Assembly (NCBI GenBank): GCA_973895155.1
Contig: OZ316891.1
Location: 11,716,771 to 11,780,770, forward strand
Length of the DNA: 64,000 nt
Source: Marsupella aquatica
Lineage: Eukaryota > Plantae > Marchantiophyta
Direction of reading: 5' to 3'
Within the stretch, counting starts at the first letter, position 1; each line of letters starts with the position of its first letter. The position numbers and the translations under genes are program-made. Below are positions 61,166 through 64,000 of the stretch, one piece after another. The notes beneath the pieces were generated by a model. It was not told where the DNA came from and did not search any database. It saw only the letters and a program-made list of their open reading frames with translations.

Positions 61166-63986
61166 ATGCAGGCTGTTGCTGGCGGTCGACTGGTCTTGTC
61201 TTTTGTGTGTAAGTCAAGACCATTGTTGCATTCTATAGCACAGCCGAGCTCTCAGTTCCAATCGCAAACGATTGGAGTGCAATCTTGGACCCTGCAAAGG
61301 AAGAGTAAGGCAGTGTTTGCCGCAAGCGACTGGTCGTCTTCGAAGCCAAGTCCTTCCAGAGGTGTTGTAAGGGATGATATCGAAGGTATTCCCGTGGGAG
61401 AGTATGGGGAAAGATACTTGGTGCCAAATCATATGGAAGATGATGACGACGGCCTTGGAGATGTCCGAGTGGAATGCGACTCTAACGGCTGCATTATTGT
61501 AATGCCCGAATCAAGAAGGCTCGGGGACGAAGACCATAGTGGACGGTATCTGCGCTGTGATCTCTCAGGTACCTTCTGTCTTCTTATAATGTGTGGAAGA
61601 GAGTAATCGTCCGAGTGCTCTGAGGTCATCGAAATAGAAAATGTGTCTCATGGGAGAACTAAATAGGTCGTGATCAGACTCTGGAAAATCTCCATTGTTA
61701 GTGCTCGCCCTTTGCTGACTCCGTTAGCAGTCGTCGTTGAAGTACAGCAAGAGCTCACCCGTGGTACGAATTGCCGACATGACAATGTCACCTACTGTGT
61801 TTCTAGAAGAGTCTGGAGTGTTTTTTCTGCATTTTTGATCTCCTGATCTCCTGACGGAATTTCTCTGGAAAGAAAAGTTTGCTTGCTTTAGTAGTTTGGT
61901 GAGAGAATGGGCTTGCTGTTGTCACACTATGAAAGTAAGGTATGCTGTTCGGCAGTAACATGATGTGAACTTGCAATCATTCAGGTTGCTATTTCACTCC
62001 GGACGCTCCCACTACAAAAAGCTTCGAGGTTATAGAGGGCGAAGGTTGGCGACTGGGCTACGAAACTGCGCCCGAATCAGAAGGCAGCTTCTGTTCCATT
62101 GTGCGTTGTTCAGTTTTGAGGGAGCTATAGTTGAAGCGTTCTAAGATGTGGGTCGATGGCGGTGCTTAGTGTTTTCCTTTTCTGAGCCCTGCAATTTTGT
62201 TCTGTTCCAGAGGTCATGCGATCTTTTAGTTGAGGTCTTGTATGGTATTGGGTTCTGACAGGCCGAACGTCACATATGAATGGAACCCAGGTGGGAGCTG
62301 GAGGATGGAGCATCGCTTTGACTGGCGGAGAGTTTGATGACTTCTGCACTCTGATTCAGGCAAGAGACATGATCCCCCGACAGCTTACGGGCTTAGCTAC
62401 AAACTAGTTTTATTGCCCGATCTTAGTTCGATTGTTAACTTTACGGGTGCCCTTTTGCAGTCAGTGAGGAAAGGGATCATGACAATGGACGAGGATACAA
62501 TCTCTGGACGCAATGATGTCGTGCTGCAGGTGAGTTCCGAATATTTGGGTACTGATAGTTTCCATATTCAGAAATTCAATGGCTCACCAGTGTCTGCTTG
62601 TGTATCCACCTTGGTATATTGAAACAAGGATCTAAGTTTTTCGAACCTAAGTCCGATTTACCAGATGTCAGCTCGTGTAACATCGTTGTGTCAAGTTATG
62701 TGTTGTGCAAACTGACCTTGGTTTGTAGAGAGGTCCTGCATAGAACTCTGGAAAGTTAAAAGAAATTGTTTGATGAGTCTGTATCATTGAAGGTGTTTTA
62801 CCACCACCAATGTCACCTAGGTACACATGATAGATCTCCCAAATCTGCAGGTTGAGAAGGGAACCATATGGATGCAATGCACGCTACCAAAGACGAGGGT
62901 GGGAGCTCTTCAACTTCTGTGGCAGGTAACACACAGTTTGTTCCCAATGGTGCTGGGTGCCTAATAGATTCGTTCAAGTTTTCACAGTAGGTTTCAAGCT
63001 TTATTTTGGATTGTGTCATTATTTGTCTTAATCAATCACCAATCTTTGAGCCAGCAATTTCCTAGAAACTGAATCATCGATCTTTGTGTCATCAATTGCC
63101 TAGAAAACTGAGTCACTGGATGCATCCGAGTCTGTAAAACATTCTTCAATTGTCACGTGCTAAAGGAATTCAAACCATCATTGATTTATCTAGCGAATAC
63201 AATTGTGATACTGGGTATTCACATCTGGTCTGAGAATACCTATGCCGCGTGGAGTTGCACCTCCAATGCTGATGAAATTCTTATTTGCAAGTCTCTAGCG
63301 AAGGATGAAGTTGTGTGTTCGAGTGCATTTACCTCTCATGGGACCGAGCTACACATAAGTTTTACGACCGGAGCCTCGCACCAGACTTATTGCTACACAT
63401 CATTGAAGTTTAGTAGGGTGCAGGAGCTATGGCGTTTGGCTCGATTTGGCCCTGCAGAGTCAGCACGATTCGAGGAAATCTAAGATCTATTTGATAGCTT
63501 TGCTAAAACCTCGGTCCAGAGACTCGAAATTCTCAATTTGAAATCGAGTGTTGTTGACATCTCTGTTTTTCTGGGCAGCCTGGAGTCCCTCATAATCTTA
63601 TCGACGAACAACTGAAAGAAGCATTTGAGTTGCGCTTTATATTATCAGGTGGCGAAAACAAGAGACAGGTATATGTCTTCCTATGCTCCTGCGGCTTCTC
63701 TGAGGGCACGTTACAAGGCGTTTCCATTTCTGTACGAGCTGTTCGATGGTTTCAGACGTACTATAGTCTCATAACTGTAGAACCTCAATTAAGATAAGTT
63801 TGTAGCATTGGTAATTTACAAAGAAGATTTACTGTCTCTGAGAAACTTTCCTTGCTCCAGGTGGAGGGTTACTGGCCTGCACAGGCAGTCTTTGACATGC
63901 TGAAGAAAATAGATTCATCCTCTTTCAATCATTCTGGGGCTTCGTTTGCTGAAAATGTTACGAGACAAGCTGCAGCTAAGGTGTGA
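61166..63986 (+). CDS. Plastid-targeted DUF1818-like protein (cyanobacterial family), 7 exons
   Basis: Exons 61166-61568, 61985-62100, 62291-62359, 62461-62529, 62851-62925, 63579-63668 and 63861-63986 join in frame. Motifs EGEGWRLG, VGAGGWSIALTGGEFDDFC, IWMQ, ELRFIL, VEGYW. N-terminus is S/R-rich and transit-peptide-like. Confidence 0.7.
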
Positions 63987-64000
63987 TGAAGCAGTTCGTT

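Overview
Eukaryotic nuclear DNA from a land plant, probably seed-free (bryophyte-like; inferred from spliceosomal genes and a Replitron-type HUH transposase). Two host genes flank the window: condensin II subunit CAP-D3 (minus strand, runs off the left edge) and a plastid-targeted DUF1818-like gene (plus strand, right end). Between them lies about 54 kb of transposon-derived DNA. The core is a three-level nest with readable termini and target-site duplications: an outer CACTA/En-Spm element (8474-44342), an inner CACTA element (12672-38064) and a very recent Ty1/Copia element (16177-22779). The main result is the chromatin-related cargo of the two CACTAs. The outer element has a SET-domain exon in the first intron of its TnpD transposase; exon 1 can be spliced in frame to either the SET exon or the transposase. 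The inner element carries an EDM2-like composite PHD gene and a tandem BRCT gene resembling the DNA polymerase lambda BRCT. Further right are a Replitron-like HUH transposase pseudogene followed by a G-tract cluster and a tRNA-like fold, a full-length L1 LINE with a 13-bp TSD, and a Copia solo LTR. All domain calls are by motif recognition; no database search was run.
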